Assembly (NCBI GenBank): GCA_030390025.1 | Contig: CM059431.1 | Location: 44,330,001 to 44,394,000 of the forward strand | DNA length: 64,000 bases | Direction: 5' to 3' | DNA from: Squalus acanthias | Taxonomy: Eukaryota | The notes under the pieces: model-generated | Told to the model about the DNA's origin: nothing | Database searches by the model: none | The model's input: only the letters and a program-made list of their open reading frames with translations | Part shown: positions 50,267 through 62,079 of the stretch, piece by piece | Layout: every line of letters starts with the position of its first letter | Numbering within the stretch: the stretch's first letter is position 1 | Translations under genes and position numbers: made by a program

Positions 50267-51039
50267 GTAAGTTCATTTCCATTTTTCTGATCATCATTAG
50301 TGTTGAACTTTAAAACTGGTAATGGGTAAAAATTAAATGCGTAGATAAAAGAATATGTATAAAATAAAGGATATTCCTTTACCCTTTTCACAGAATAATG
50401 GTCAGAGTTGTGGAATTCAATACCCAAAGCACCAGAAAATAAAAATCCCAAAATGCCATTTAATAAAAATGGAATTTGACTTATTTAGTCACTATAAATC
50501 AGTGGCTCTGATATTATCCCGTACTTGGCATAAAATACTGAATTATATGACTCACTTTGAGCAACACAATGGGAGATCTACTAGTGTACTACTTTCAGTT
50601 TAAGTGCTTTAGCAAGCCAAGTACCTTTTTTTTTTCTAACTCCAATATTATAGACGCTTTTAGTTCTTTTAAACTTGTCTTTACAGTTAGAAAATACATT
50701 ACAAGCACGCATAAACTGCTGGTGAATCCAGCAAAAAGTCAGTTGGTGGCTGTGAGTCAGGAAGCAGCAGTGGCAAAGCTAGGTTGGGGATATTAATTCA
50801 TTGGTGCCTGCTGCCTCATTAATTTATTATTTGTTGGTGTGCTGGCTGCTCTATGAATTTATTAATTCAGGGGCACTTACTTCTCCCACCATTTATATAT
50901 GGTCTCGTGGAATCAAGCTTCAGGAGTAGTGGACCAGCCCAAATCATTACAAAATTAAATGTGGCCAAAATAATTTGTTTTTGTCTCTGAAGCAGCGTGC
51001 CAACTGGTAATGTTTGTTTTTATTTTTAGAAAAAAATAT

Positions 51040-51208
51040 ATATTTAAGAAGGAGATAGATAGATTTCTAGACACAAAAGGCATCAAGGGGTATGGGGAGA
51101 GAGCGGGAATATGGTATTGAGATAGAGGATCAATCATGATCATATTGAATGGTGGAGCAGGCTCGAAGGGCCGAATGGCCTACTCCTGCTCCTATTTTTC
51201 TATGTTTT
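51040..51208 (+). mobile_element. CR1 3' tail fragment
   Basis: FKKEIDRFLDTKGIKGYG plus 3' hairpin and tail. Confidence 0.8.
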
Positions 51209-51645
51209 CTAAATTAATAAATGTAGCCTTAACAAATGCAGTGGGGCTTTTGGGGCAACAATTCATTAAATCTGTCCTGCATAAATGCAATCTGGCTTCC
51301 GAGGTAGTGGTACAGCAATCAATTGATCAATACATTTACCATCTGCACCTTAGCAGGGCCACACCACTAACTGGTGTAAGAAAGAACAACAGACATTCTT
51401 GTAATACTTTTTTTTAAGAGGGTGGAGTGCCATCTCTAGAGCAAGTAAGAACAACAGTCAATCAAACTCCAGCGGTCTTCAATGTTAATCAACAAAAACC
51501 GTAAAGACACCATAGGACTGGCTTCCAAGCCATGACTCATGACCGAGCTACCAGGTGTTTGCACATTATGCCTTGGAGTGCTGTTCCTGTATCACTTTCT
51601 CTCCCTTTCTCACGCTCCCCACCCCTAAAGTACTCTGAAAGTTTA

Positions 51646-52409
51646 GGGGGCAATTTTGCCAGCCCTGTGGAGGTGGATTTGGAGGCGGGACTGCTGGAGA
51701 AAATGGCAGAATTTGGAGGCGGGTACCCATCCCGCCCCCAACCTGCCTCCGTGCCATCTTCCCAGGAGGCGGGTACCCGACTCGCGCCGGGTCCCGTCTC
51801 TTCGAGGCAGGAAGGGGATTAGTGCCAATTAACTGCCTGTTAACCTCGCCAGGGTCAGCGAGGCGGGCCGTCGGTCTGCGGGGGTCGGAGGGGCCGAGAT
51901 GTCCAGTGTGCGGGTGAGTGATGGGTGCATGTGTTCAGAGGTAAGTGTGTGAGGTGTGTGTAAAGTGTTTTAATAGTTTTACTTACCTTTACTTCTTCCT
52001 GCAGGCTTCCTCCCTTCAGGTCTCGGGAGTCCCTCAGCTCACCAGCATAGAAAGCAGAATGGCCGCTGAACTGTCAAAAGCTGCAGCCTTCTGCTTTCTG
52101 CTCAGGAAGGTTTTCTAATTGAGTCTTGAGTAAAGACTCAACTTAGAAGACAGATTGTCAGTGTTTGACAGCTTCACACACACAGCTGTCAAACGATGAC
52201 ATTACATCTCTTGACAGATGAAACGTCACTCGCTGACGTCACCTGTAACCGGCTTTCCCTTAATTGGCCTGCTAAGCCCGCTGGGCGGGCTTAACAAGGT
52301 CAATCAAGGGAAAATAGTGTGGGTTGGCCACAAGTCGATGGAGGCGGGACTAAAACCTGACAAGTGGGAGTCCCGCCTCCAAAAGCTGCCCATTGACAAA
52401 ATCCAGCCC
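51646..52409. mobile_element. Harbinger-type MITE with TTA TSD
   Basis: TTA-GGGGGCAATTTTGCC...GACAAAATCCAGCCC-TTA. Confidence 0.85.
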
Positions 52410-52588
52410 TTAGTGTCCAACTAATGTTTAGTCATCAAAGAATCTTATCCTGTTAGAAAATTAATGTTAATATGATAGTTAACATCTTTACATTTGTCAA
52501 CAACAGGCATGAATTTAGAAAATTGTAATTGTGCTAATTAAGGAGTTTCAGTCAAAGGGGTAAAAAGCTTTCAATATCTTTTTTGAAG

Positions 52589-52720
52589 TTTTCAGTGAAG
52601 ACGTTTCTCCTTTGAGCCTACCACCAGGCCTTCTGGTGGTTGAAGAGGTTGTAACTCCTGAGTATGAGAAGAGGCTTTTGGCATTTGTAGATGGAAGCAC
52701 AGACGCAACAAAGGAAAATG
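52589..52720 (+). CDS. ALKBH8: ALKBH8 exon VFSEDVSPLSLPPGLLVVEEVVTPEYEKRLLAFVD..
   Basis: 132 bp, AG/GT boundaries; LPPGL.VVEE motif starts the AlkB domain. Confidence 0.93.
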
Positions 52721-53054
52721 GTGAGTAGTACACAGAGAAAAGACAGTAGGTAGTGTTTAGAATCATCTAAAAATATCCAGTGCAGAATTCAGAAAGGCCA
52801 ATTCATTGTTTACGCCCCATTGTGTAACCATTTTTCTGTTAATTTTAAAAGGTGAGGTAAAGGGGGATTGCTTGATATGTATTGCTATTATTTCCATAAT
52901 CTGATGTATATTAACATAAAATGGTGCAGGAGATAGCGTGAGTAGGTGACCCACCCAAGCCCCTACCAATCATAGGAACAGAAATAGGCCATGCAGCCCA
53001 CTGGCCCTGCTCCGCCATTCAATTCGGTCATGGGTGATCTGCACCTCAACTCAT

Positions 53055-53751
53055 ACAGTTTTGGTGTCCTTACTTAAGGAAAGACATCCTTGCTCTCGAG
53101 GCAGTGCAAAAAAGGTTCACTCGGTTAATCCCGGAGATGAGGGGGTGGTCATATGAGGAGAGGTTGGGTAGATTGGGACTCTACTCATTGGAGTTCAGAA
53201 GAATGAGAGGCGATCTTATTGAAACATATAAGATTGTGAAGGGGTTGGATCGGGTGGATGCGGGGAGGATGTTCCCGATGACGGGTGAGACGAGAACTAG
53301 GGGACATAGTCTTAGAATAAGGGGCTGCTCTTTCAAAACTGAGATGAGGAGGAACTACTTCACTCAGAGGGTGGTAGGTCCATGGAATATGCTGCCACAA
53401 AAAGCTGTAGAAGCTACAACATTAATTAAATTTAAAACAGAAATAGACAGTTTCCTAGAAGTAAAGGGCATTAAGGGTTACGGGGAGCGGGCAGGAATTT
53501 GGACATGAGTCTAGGTTCGGATCGGTCATGGCCCTGTGGGTAGTGGAGCGGGCCCAGGGACTGTGTAGCCTGATTCTGCTCCTATTTCGTGTGTGCAATT
53601 CTGTTAGATGCAGGAGATGTTTCTGTGATAGATAGTAGATTGGCGGTTAGGATCAGATCAGCCATGATCTTATTGAATGGCGGAGCAGGCTCGATGGGCC
53701 GATTGGCCTACTCCTGCTCCTATTTCTTATGTTCTTATGTTCTTATGTTCT
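53055..53751 (+). mobile_element. CR1 3' end (young subfamily with doubled 3' module); inverted tail fragment at 52970-53050
   Basis: ORF 53104-53508; (TTCTTATG)3 tail. Confidence 0.92.
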
Positions 53752-54214
53752 TTCTGTGATACAGTACATTGGAGGCACCAATGTACTGGTCTGTGTTCAA
53801 TTAAACCGTTTTAATACCACTCTGTACTTTTTAATTTTAGATGCTATTTTGTTCTACAATATAGGCCAAGTAATTATGTCTAAATGAATTTGATATGGTT
53901 CTGAATGGATAGCCTTGAAACAAAGTGAATGTATTAAAAGCATGATGGTCAAAATCAGAAGGGTGTTGGCATTTAAATTAATATTTGTTTGCTTTACATT
54001 TTGATAGCAGATTTATTTATTTTTCCTGTAACAGTTTGTAAATTGCAAATCGTTACTCTGTATATTATTATTTACTTTTAAAAAAAACACATGGGACAAA
54101 GCAATATAAAATGATACAACTTTTACAGACTTTGTTAAATGAATGTTGGATCCTGCATCAGAATTCAATATTTAAAATGGTTTCTGTAATTTTATTTTAT
54201 TCTGATTTTCATAG

Positions 54215-54310
54215 CCCAGAGATCTCTGAAACATCGAAGAGTAAAGCACTATGGGTATGAATTTCGTTATGACAACAATAACGTGGACAAGGATAAGCCT
54301 CTACCAGGAG
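54215..54310 (+). CDS. ALKBH8: ALKBH8 exon [31 protein letters not shown]
   Basis: 96 bp, AG/GT boundaries; highly conserved peptide. Confidence 0.97.
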
Positions 54311-54674
54311 GTACATTAGACCATGTATTTCTGCCCGTTTTGGACTTTTGCTGTGATGCATTAAGTGTTTGGTGGAATGTAAGCAATTGCTAAAAACATC
54401 ACCAAAAATTATATATTCGTATTGTGGAGTGAATGAAACTTGCCACATTAATTCAAGTGATCTTTGTTCATGCTGGATTTTTAACTGACTTTAAAAAAAA
54501 AAAATCCATTTGCCATGCTAATCAGATTTGTACATATTTAGGTAGAAGCTTTAAAGCATATGTTTGTTATTCTCCCTTGTCATGCTTGAAATAGAAACTG
54601 AGCAGCATGAGTCTTGCCACAATAGGATAATCCTATGAGAATTCTGTGCAGGTGTGTTTGTTTGGGATTTTTTT

Positions 54675-55490
54675 TACATAGAATATACAGGCCATTCGGT
54701 CGAACCAGTCCATGCCGGTGTTTATGCTCCACTCAAGCCTCTGCCCATCCTTCCTCATCTAACTCTTAGCAGTATAACCCTCTATTCCCTTCTCCCTCAA
54801 ATGCTTATCTAGACTCCCCTTAAAATGCATCTATACTATTCGCCTCAACCACTCCCTGTGACAGCGAGTTCCACATTCTCACCACTCTCTGGGTAAAGAT
54901 GATTCTTCTGAATTCACCATTTGATTTCTTGGTGACTATCTTGTATTGATGGCCTCTAGTTTAGCTCTTCCCCACAAGTGGTAACACTCTCTCTGTCTCC
55001 TGTATCAAATCCTTTCATAACTTTAAAGACGTCTATTAGATCACCCCTCAGTCGTCTCATTTCAAGAGAAAAGTGACCCAGCCTGATCATCCTTTCCCGA
55101 TAGAGATAACCTCGCATTTCTGGTATTATCCTTGTAAATATTTTTTGCACCCTCTCTAGTGCGTCTATATCCTTTTTATAATATGGTGACCAGAACTATA
55201 CATAGTACTCCAAGTGTGGTCTAACCATGGTTCGATATAGGTTTAGCATAACTTCTCTACTTTTAAATTCTATCCCTCTAGAAATAAACCCTTGTGTTTG
55301 GTTTGCTTTTTAAAAAAATCCTTATTAACCTGCGTCGCTACTTTTAGTGATTTGTGTATTTGTACTCCCAGATCCCTTTGCTCTTCTACCCCATTTAGAT
55401 TCTTATTTTCCAAGTAATATGTGATCTCCTTATTTTTCTTACCAATATGTAATACCTCACACTTATCTGTGTTGAAATTCATTTGCCAAT
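54675..55490 (-). mobile_element. CR1 LINE 3' part
   Basis: WQMNFNTDKCEVLH..QRDLGV; same subfamily as 21739-23275. Confidence 0.92.
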
Positions 55491-55904
55491 ACATACATTA
55501 TGAACATTTTAGTTAACCTAGTTTTTTTTTTAGGATTTCAGCTGGGTATTATATCACAAAATCCAAATATTTCCACATCCCTCCCAATTTCTCTGTTATT
55601 TGGTTAAAACTTTATAAATAGCACCTGCATTCAAGTTGCCTCCTTACATTTGTAGATGTAAAAGGCTGCAACATGCACAGTCAAATTCACAATACTTATA
55701 TTTTCTAATGGTTAGCCTTTAGAAAACATAAGTATTGTGAATTTCACTGTGCATGTTAAGCAACTGTTATTTGAAAACGTTCACCCTCTTTTAAGACGCA
55801 AGGATGGACAGCTCACTTGTTACAAGACGTGCAATGCTGCTCCAGTTTGTTACTAAGAAATGGGGCGGGCTTTAAAAAAAATAGTTTTAAATCTTGACTG
55901 GTCA

Positions 55905-56057
55905 AATCTGAGATAGATAGATTTTTGGACTCTAGGGGAATCAAGGGATCGGGTGGGAAAGTGGAGTTGAGGTCGAAGATCAGCCATGATCTTATTGAAT
56001 GGCGGAGCAGACTCAAGAGGCCGTATGGCCTACTCCTGTTCCTAGTTCTTATGTTAT
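55905..56057 (+). mobile_element. CR1 3' tail fragment
   Basis: GATCAGCCATGATCTTATTGAATGGCGGAGCAG..GGCCTACTCCTG tail. Confidence 0.8.
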
Positions 56058-56437
56058 TATAAATTAATTTTGTACGTAAAGTTAAAGAATCCAGTAGCAT
56101 CCATCTTAAATTGTCAATAAAGTGTACTAGTGAATGGTTTTCAAGCCAAAGGTTTATTAAAATTCCAGAAATGAGGACCCTTGATCTGTAATGGTACACA
56201 GGCAAAACTTGAGAATATCTGTTCATTCTCACATCTCCACTGTATAATGTTAGCTGGTTGCTTTTCCTTGATCTCGGCAGTACAGGAACCATAATGTCCC
56301 ACAGATTATTTGACTCTTTCTGTCCATACTTATCCCTATAACATTCAAACCCATTCCAGGCATTTATTTTGTTCTCTTGTAGTGCAGTTATAAGCGTTCA
56401 AGCATTTATATAATTTTTGTCTTTGTTTTTTAAATAG

Positions 56438-56542
56438 GTCTTCCTGAAATTTGTGATGACATTTTAGAGCAATCCATGGAAAAAGGATATATAAAATTTA
56501 AACCTGATCAACTGACCATAAATCAATATGAGCCTGGACAAG
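56438..56542 (+). CDS. ALKBH8: ALKBH8 exon [34 protein letters not shown]
   Basis: 105 bp, AG/GT boundaries; AlkB NxY motif. Confidence 0.97.
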
Positions 56543-57013
56543 GTGAAATAAACTTTCAACAGTTTCAAATAGTATTTTAATGTGTTATCACAAGTGTGGG
56601 ATAGACAATGAAAGCAAGACGACTCTGGAAGAATCTCTTGTGTCAGCTAAAAGCCAGTTTTGTTGATTTAGGATGGCATGCCTTGTTCAGCTGTGATAGA
56701 ACATGATGATTTACTTTCAACCTCTTTATACAACTATAAATGAGATAAACCTAACTTTAACATTTTTTTAAAAATATATAATTTTTAAAGAAATCTTGCA
56801 TTCAGTGACCAGAAAAGTCCAAATTTATGTTTTAGTACTTTTTGGTATTATACTCGGATACAGACCTGACTAATTTTAGAAGCCTCTGATTATACTGCAT
56901 TGGTATCAAGGTTGACTTTTCAGATAAACATAGGATTGGTCTGGTGATTGGTTTTAGTGCTTTTTATTGAGCAGAATTAATATTGTATAATTTGTTTGCA
57001 CTTATTCTGACAG

Positions 57014-57084
57014 GAATTCCTCCCCACATTGACACTCATTCTCCATTTGAGGATGGGATCATCTGTCTGAGCCTTGGAGCAGAG
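57014..57084 (+). CDS. ALKBH8: ALKBH8 exon GIPPHIDTHSPFEDGIICLSLGAE (HxD iron ligands)
   Basis: 71 bp, AG/GT boundaries; later exons not found in the window. Confidence 0.97.
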
Positions 57085-57956
57085 GTAAATTCAGTTTTGG
57101 GTCTAAACTTGCAAAAAAAAAAGTTTGATTTTTCCTAGCTTCAATTAGTAGAATGCCTAATATGACACAACTAGCTGTAGTAAAAATATTTTAGTTTCAA
57201 CAGTTACTTTTTGAATCTAAAATTGACATATTGGCACGTCATTACTTACAGTGCTGTTTGTATCCTGAGAGCTGAGAGAGTTTATCTAGTGTTTTCTACA
57301 TCATCTGTGATATTATGATCACAAGAATATTTTTGATTGAAGGCTCTTATTTCTTTCAGGGTGCTTTGGATGCATATATACAACTACAGTGTTGGTGTGA
57401 AGCAAAACTGCAAAATACACCAATGCTATAGTTGTATTGTAAGTGTAGCTTGAATTTGGAGTCGGAATCAATCAGACTCCAGAGGGAAATGGAGTGAGAC
57501 TCACTGGAGCAGTGATTCTCCCTCTGCTTCACTTAGTCAGATTGGATTTACAAAAGTTTAGTATTTGGGCAAAACCAATGCTAAACTTTTAGTGTAAATG
57601 CATTCTCGTGCTCTCTCTTTAAACACATGCTTCTTCATAGAGTGGTGGGACTCGCGTATTGGCCCAGGAACAAGTTGTATTTTCAGGCTGTCAGCAATAA
57701 TGTGTTGGTGAGGGGAGTACAAATTTAAAATTCACAATCTGAGGTTACCTTCAATTTGATTGTAAAATCATACTTACTGTAAAATAAGATTTCCATTTTC
57801 CATTTTCTAAAATGGAGGAGAGTAGCTGCGGACTTGCACTTGTTTTGCAGATTGCTTGTTCACTCTTCCGTTTCAGAAAAAAAGATTTGTTCCTAAAGTG
57901 AACCTGCACCTTTTTCTTAGTGATCCCCATTATAACAATACTGATTTTACACTATT

Positions 57957-58054
57957 CTGATGAAGGGTCCCAGACCTGAAACGTTAACTCTGTTTCTCTC
58001 TCCATGGATGCTGCCTGGCCTGCTGAGTATTTCCAGCATTTTCTGTTGTTATTT
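57957..58054 (+). mobile_element. 98-bp Penelope-like terminal insertion (second family) beginning with a hammerhead core
   Basis: CTGATGA-A-GGGTC(CCA)GACCT-GAAA-CGTT; 16-bp TSD CTGATTTTACACTATT at 57941-57956 and 58055-58070. Confidence 0.75.
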
Positions 58055-59094
58055 CTGATTTTACACTATTTTGATATTGAGACTGGGGAAAAGGGGTACA
58101 TGGTGCTCGTGTCCCCTTTTGTCATAAAGATTTGTACGGTATAACATTCTGTAGCCTTTTATGCAGCCATGGGTGTCAAATTGCAGCAAACATCCGGGGA
58201 GCAGGACTGCAGGTGCACTACATGCGCATGCTCCCTAGTCCTCGTACATTTGCTCGAGTTGCAATGCTTTGCCCCTTCCCAGTTCTTAACCGTCTGACCA
58301 TGGTGGAACTTGTCAGCTGGTACAGGAATTAGCTGGTCTTACGGTCAACCTATGTTTCTGTTTGCATAGTTCACCAACAGTTTAATTCTGATTGTAATTT
58401 TAAAGATTGCCAGTAAGTTGGCAGTCAGACCAGCCTGTGCCACGCCAGTTGTTAATTTCTTCACTGGTCAGGCTGGTGGATGGAAGCAGAGCGTCAGGAC
58501 ACAGATTGGTGGGTTTTAGAAAGCAGAGGTTAGAACTGGCTTAGCATGGTGTTTATCACACTGTTGCCTGTTCCTGGCCACATCCTGCTTTGCAGTCCAG
58601 TATGGATGGCTGCCCTCCTCTTTCTCCTCGCAATTAGCACACAACTGGAAGGTAAACAGTTTATTATATTCTTATGCTGTTGGGCTTGGCGTTTTGGAAA
58701 CATCTGTTCTAAGTGGATTTGGGATTTATTCATCGATGAGAGTAGTGGCGAGAGCATTGGTGACCAAATCCTAAATCCACTGAGAACTGATGTTTCCAAA
58801 CCACCAAGCCTACCCGATTCAAACAGGTGAGCTTGGTGGTAAGTAAATAACGGCAAATTAAATGGAATGTTCCAATTTTGCAACTTCAGTCTCCACTGCA
58901 GTGAGTTGTGTTCGAGGTATTTGGCAGTGAGCTGGGCCAAGCCAACTCTGAAGGGTGTTAAAAGAAGTAATTCAGATTGGGAGATGCAATTAACAATAGT
59001 ACATGTTCTCTCAGCATGTTCATATATAGCTAGCTGCTCTTCCTCAGCTTTTAGTATCAAATATTTTCCAATTTCGGTATGAGATGTATATTGG

Positions 59095-59580
59095 ATGTCA
59101 GCTGTGGCTCAGTGATGGCTCTCTCGCTTCTGACTCCTTGCTGTTAGTGGGACTCTGTGTGCAAATTGTCAGCCATGTTGCCCTGTATTACAACAGTGAC
59201 TACATTTCAAAAATACTTAATTAACTGTGAAGCGCTTTGGGACCTGAGAGCGTAAAAAGCACTATATTAATATAAATCACTAGTTTATTTTGTTTTTTGT
59301 GATGTTGGTTGAAGGATAAAGCTTAGCCATTACACCAGGAAGAACTACCCTGCTCTTTGAATAGTGCCATGGGATCTTTTACGTCTACTTGAGAGGGCAG
59401 ATGGGGCCTCAATTTAACATCTCCTCTGAAAGACAGCACCTCCAACAATACAACACTCCCTCAGTATTGCACTGAAGTGTCAGCCTGTATTATGTGCTCA
59501 TAATCTCTGGAGTGGGGCTTGAACCCATGACCTTCTGAGTTAGAGGTGACAGTACTGCCACTAAGATAGAGCTGACCCCT
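59095..59580. mobile_element. Two DeuSINE pieces tail-to-tail (59095-59275 +, 59295-59580 -)
   Basis: Both are similar to 45305-45695 (AGTGCCATGGGATCTTT, GGGCTTGAACCC, AAGCGCTTTGGGA). Confidence 0.7.
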
Positions 59581-61559
59581 AATTGAACCATTTTTAATCT
59601 GACTATTAAGTGTTTTATGATATGAGATTGCTGTATTGGGAGTCAGTGAGCTCTACTAACCAATGTGGTGATAAGTCAACTCAGTATGAATTTTGTTTCC
59701 TTGTCAATATCAAGAACTCTAATTGAAAGAAGCTGCTGAGGCATTTTTCATTTTCAATCATGAGCCTGATCTAAAGCTGACGGAATACCTTCCAATTTTT
59801 TTTTTCTGTAGCTGTACTGCAATAAACACTCTTTGAACATTGTAAATAAGACTTATGTTTTAAGCATTTTATCATTGAATACACGGGTTCCTATTGCTCT
59901 CTCAAACAGTTTCCTACATCTGTGGATAAAGACTGGAGAATTTGCACTCGCACAAGCTTCAGTCAAAGCTGAATTCTTTAACCAAGTGGTGCTAAAATGC
60001 GACAGACTGGTAGGAAATAGATTTGTGCATTCAGTTCATCACCCTCTAAGCTCCCAGTTTCAGCTGTGCCACAGTTCTTGTACTCAGGAAAGCGTTTCCA
60101 CAGTGAGTTTAGGGGAAATTGACGTGTGCGTTACCTTTTGCTAATTTTGCAGGACTTGCTGTTATTGGGAAGCATGACTGCCTGAGGTCTGTGAGCAAGT
60201 TGCATACTGTATTCTTAGCTGCAGTAAAATGTGTAGAGGCCTAAAATAGCTAGTGAAAAATCACAACTTGGGGCGGGGGGGGGAATAGTTTTTTTTTTAC
60301 ACTGGAATATTCAATGTGTCACACTTTCATAAAGGAATATTTCTGATGTATTGTGAGAGTTTAATACTTGTTGCGTATAGATACCAAGGATAGCAAACAG
60401 TCTGCTTAAAGTTGAAAAGTGCTCTCTGATCAACACTAATTCTTGTTGGCACTTCTAGACTTTGTATTTTGATAAATAGATTGAAAGAGTGTCATTAAAT
60501 GTGGGTTTCTGAGCGTTCTGTTGTCCCCTTTGTGATATCTTGGTTTTAATTATTCATTAAATAAACTCTTGTATTTTAACATACTGTTGGAACTGTTTTC
60601 TGAAATATAAATAGCAAACTGGTGACAATCCTGATGTTGGAATTCTTGCTTTGAACTCCAAGCATATTGCTACCCACTAAGATAAGACAACATGGAGAAT
60701 GCACCTCCGAATAGTAGAAAAATTAACCAAGATAGTAATTTGCCGGAGACTGGTCTCGCTATGCCAAAGTACAGTTACTTAAGTTTAGTAACTGATTTTT
60801 TTTCTGTAATGCAAATTTGAAACGAAACTTTCAGAGCACTCTTAACCCCAAAGTAATAATTGCTGGTGCATTTAATCTTGGCGGTGTTGAGCCTTTGAAA
60901 AGGAAAGATCATACTAAGAAGTCAGATCTTAAATGCAATTAATAACTGAACTGTGTCAAACTTAATGTGGTCAGAAATATTCAGAATGCTGCAGGTGACC
61001 AATTTCATTTGATCAAAAAGGAAGAATGATTTTTATATATTTTTTGGAACATTAATATTTCCCCTCGCCTACATTGTATTATTCACTGACTAAGACCAGA
61101 TAGCTAACCTGCTGTAAGCTCTGTAACTCTGACTGTGAACAGCTTGAAATTTTAATGTTGTTTAAAGTCTCAAGAGGCTTCACAAGAAGGGAATTTGATA
61201 TTGAACAGGAGTTGGAAGAAGAATTAGTGGAGGTGGCCAAAGGTATGCTTGACTATGTAGGTTCTGAGGAGGTGTTTGAACGTGGGGAGAGATGTAGTAC
61301 AGCGTAGGGGTTTAGGAAGAAAATTTCAGAAGAGGGTAATGGCTGAAAGCTGTGCCGTTGGTGGTGAATTACGCAAGAGCAGTTCAATTTGACTTGCTTT
61401 TGAATTTTCCTTCCTTTTGTGGGGGGGGGGGGGGACAGTTCGTCTCTATTCTGCACATCCCACTGCAAATCTATCATTGCTAGTTCACATTGTATCTTGT
61501 TAGTGCACATAGTGCTGCAGTATAGGAAGGAAGCCTGTTTTGTCTAAAGGTTAAAGGGA

Positions 61560-61850
61560 ATCAAGGGATATGGGGATAGTGCAGGAAGGTGGAGTTGAGG
61601 TAAAAGATCAGCCAAGATCTTATTAAATGGCAGAGCAGGCTCGATCTTATTAAATGGCAGAGCAGGCTCGATCTTATTAAATGGCAGAGCAGGCTCGATC
61701 TTATTTTATGGTGGAGCAGGCTCGATCTTATTAAATGGTGGAGCAGGCTCGATCTTATTAAATGGCGGAGCAGGCTCGATCTTATTTTATGGTGGAGCAG
61801 GCTTGAAGGGCCGAATGGCCTCCTCCGGCTCCTATTTCTTATGTTCTTAT
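61560..61850 (+). mobile_element. CR1 3' tail with internal minisatellite
   Basis: Same tail as 55905-56057 but with an amplified internal 27-mer. Confidence 0.85.
61616..61804. repeat. 27-bp x7 tandem repeat
   Basis: GATCTTATT(AA/TT)ATGG(CA/TG/CG)GAGCAGGCTC, head-to-tail with no spacers. Confidence 0.95.
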
Positions 61851-61952
61851 AAATAGTATACAGCCTACTGAAGGGCTTATTTAGATTGCAATATAAACTG
61901 CACAATAGCCAACAAAAGTCTCTCTTTTTGTCAACTTTATAGGAGTTATAAC

Positions 61953-62079
61953 CAACGTTCCCTATAAGCTCCGCGGCCGCACAGCTCAATGCCGGTTCCG
62001 CGCAGCCCGGGAACAGCTTTTTCAATGGTAAGTTTTACTGTGAATGGGCTGCGCCCACCCAAAAAAAGAGGGACCATTG
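61953..62079. mobile_element. Short hAT-like MITE
   Basis: TIR CAACGTTCCCT / AGGGACCATTG; 8-bp flanks GTTATAAC / GCTATAAG. Confidence 0.6.

Noticed and set aside
58530-59082. 176-aa minus-strand ORF and overlapping plus-strand ORFs
   Set aside because: No recognisable motif or convincing splice context; possibly a decayed repeat, but I cannot support a call.
61616-61804. CRISPR-like array of ~27-bp repeats, and the 154-aa ORF spanning it
   Set aside because: Units are contiguous with no spacers, derive from a CR1 tail, and there are no cas genes. The ORF is a by-product of the 27-bp period.
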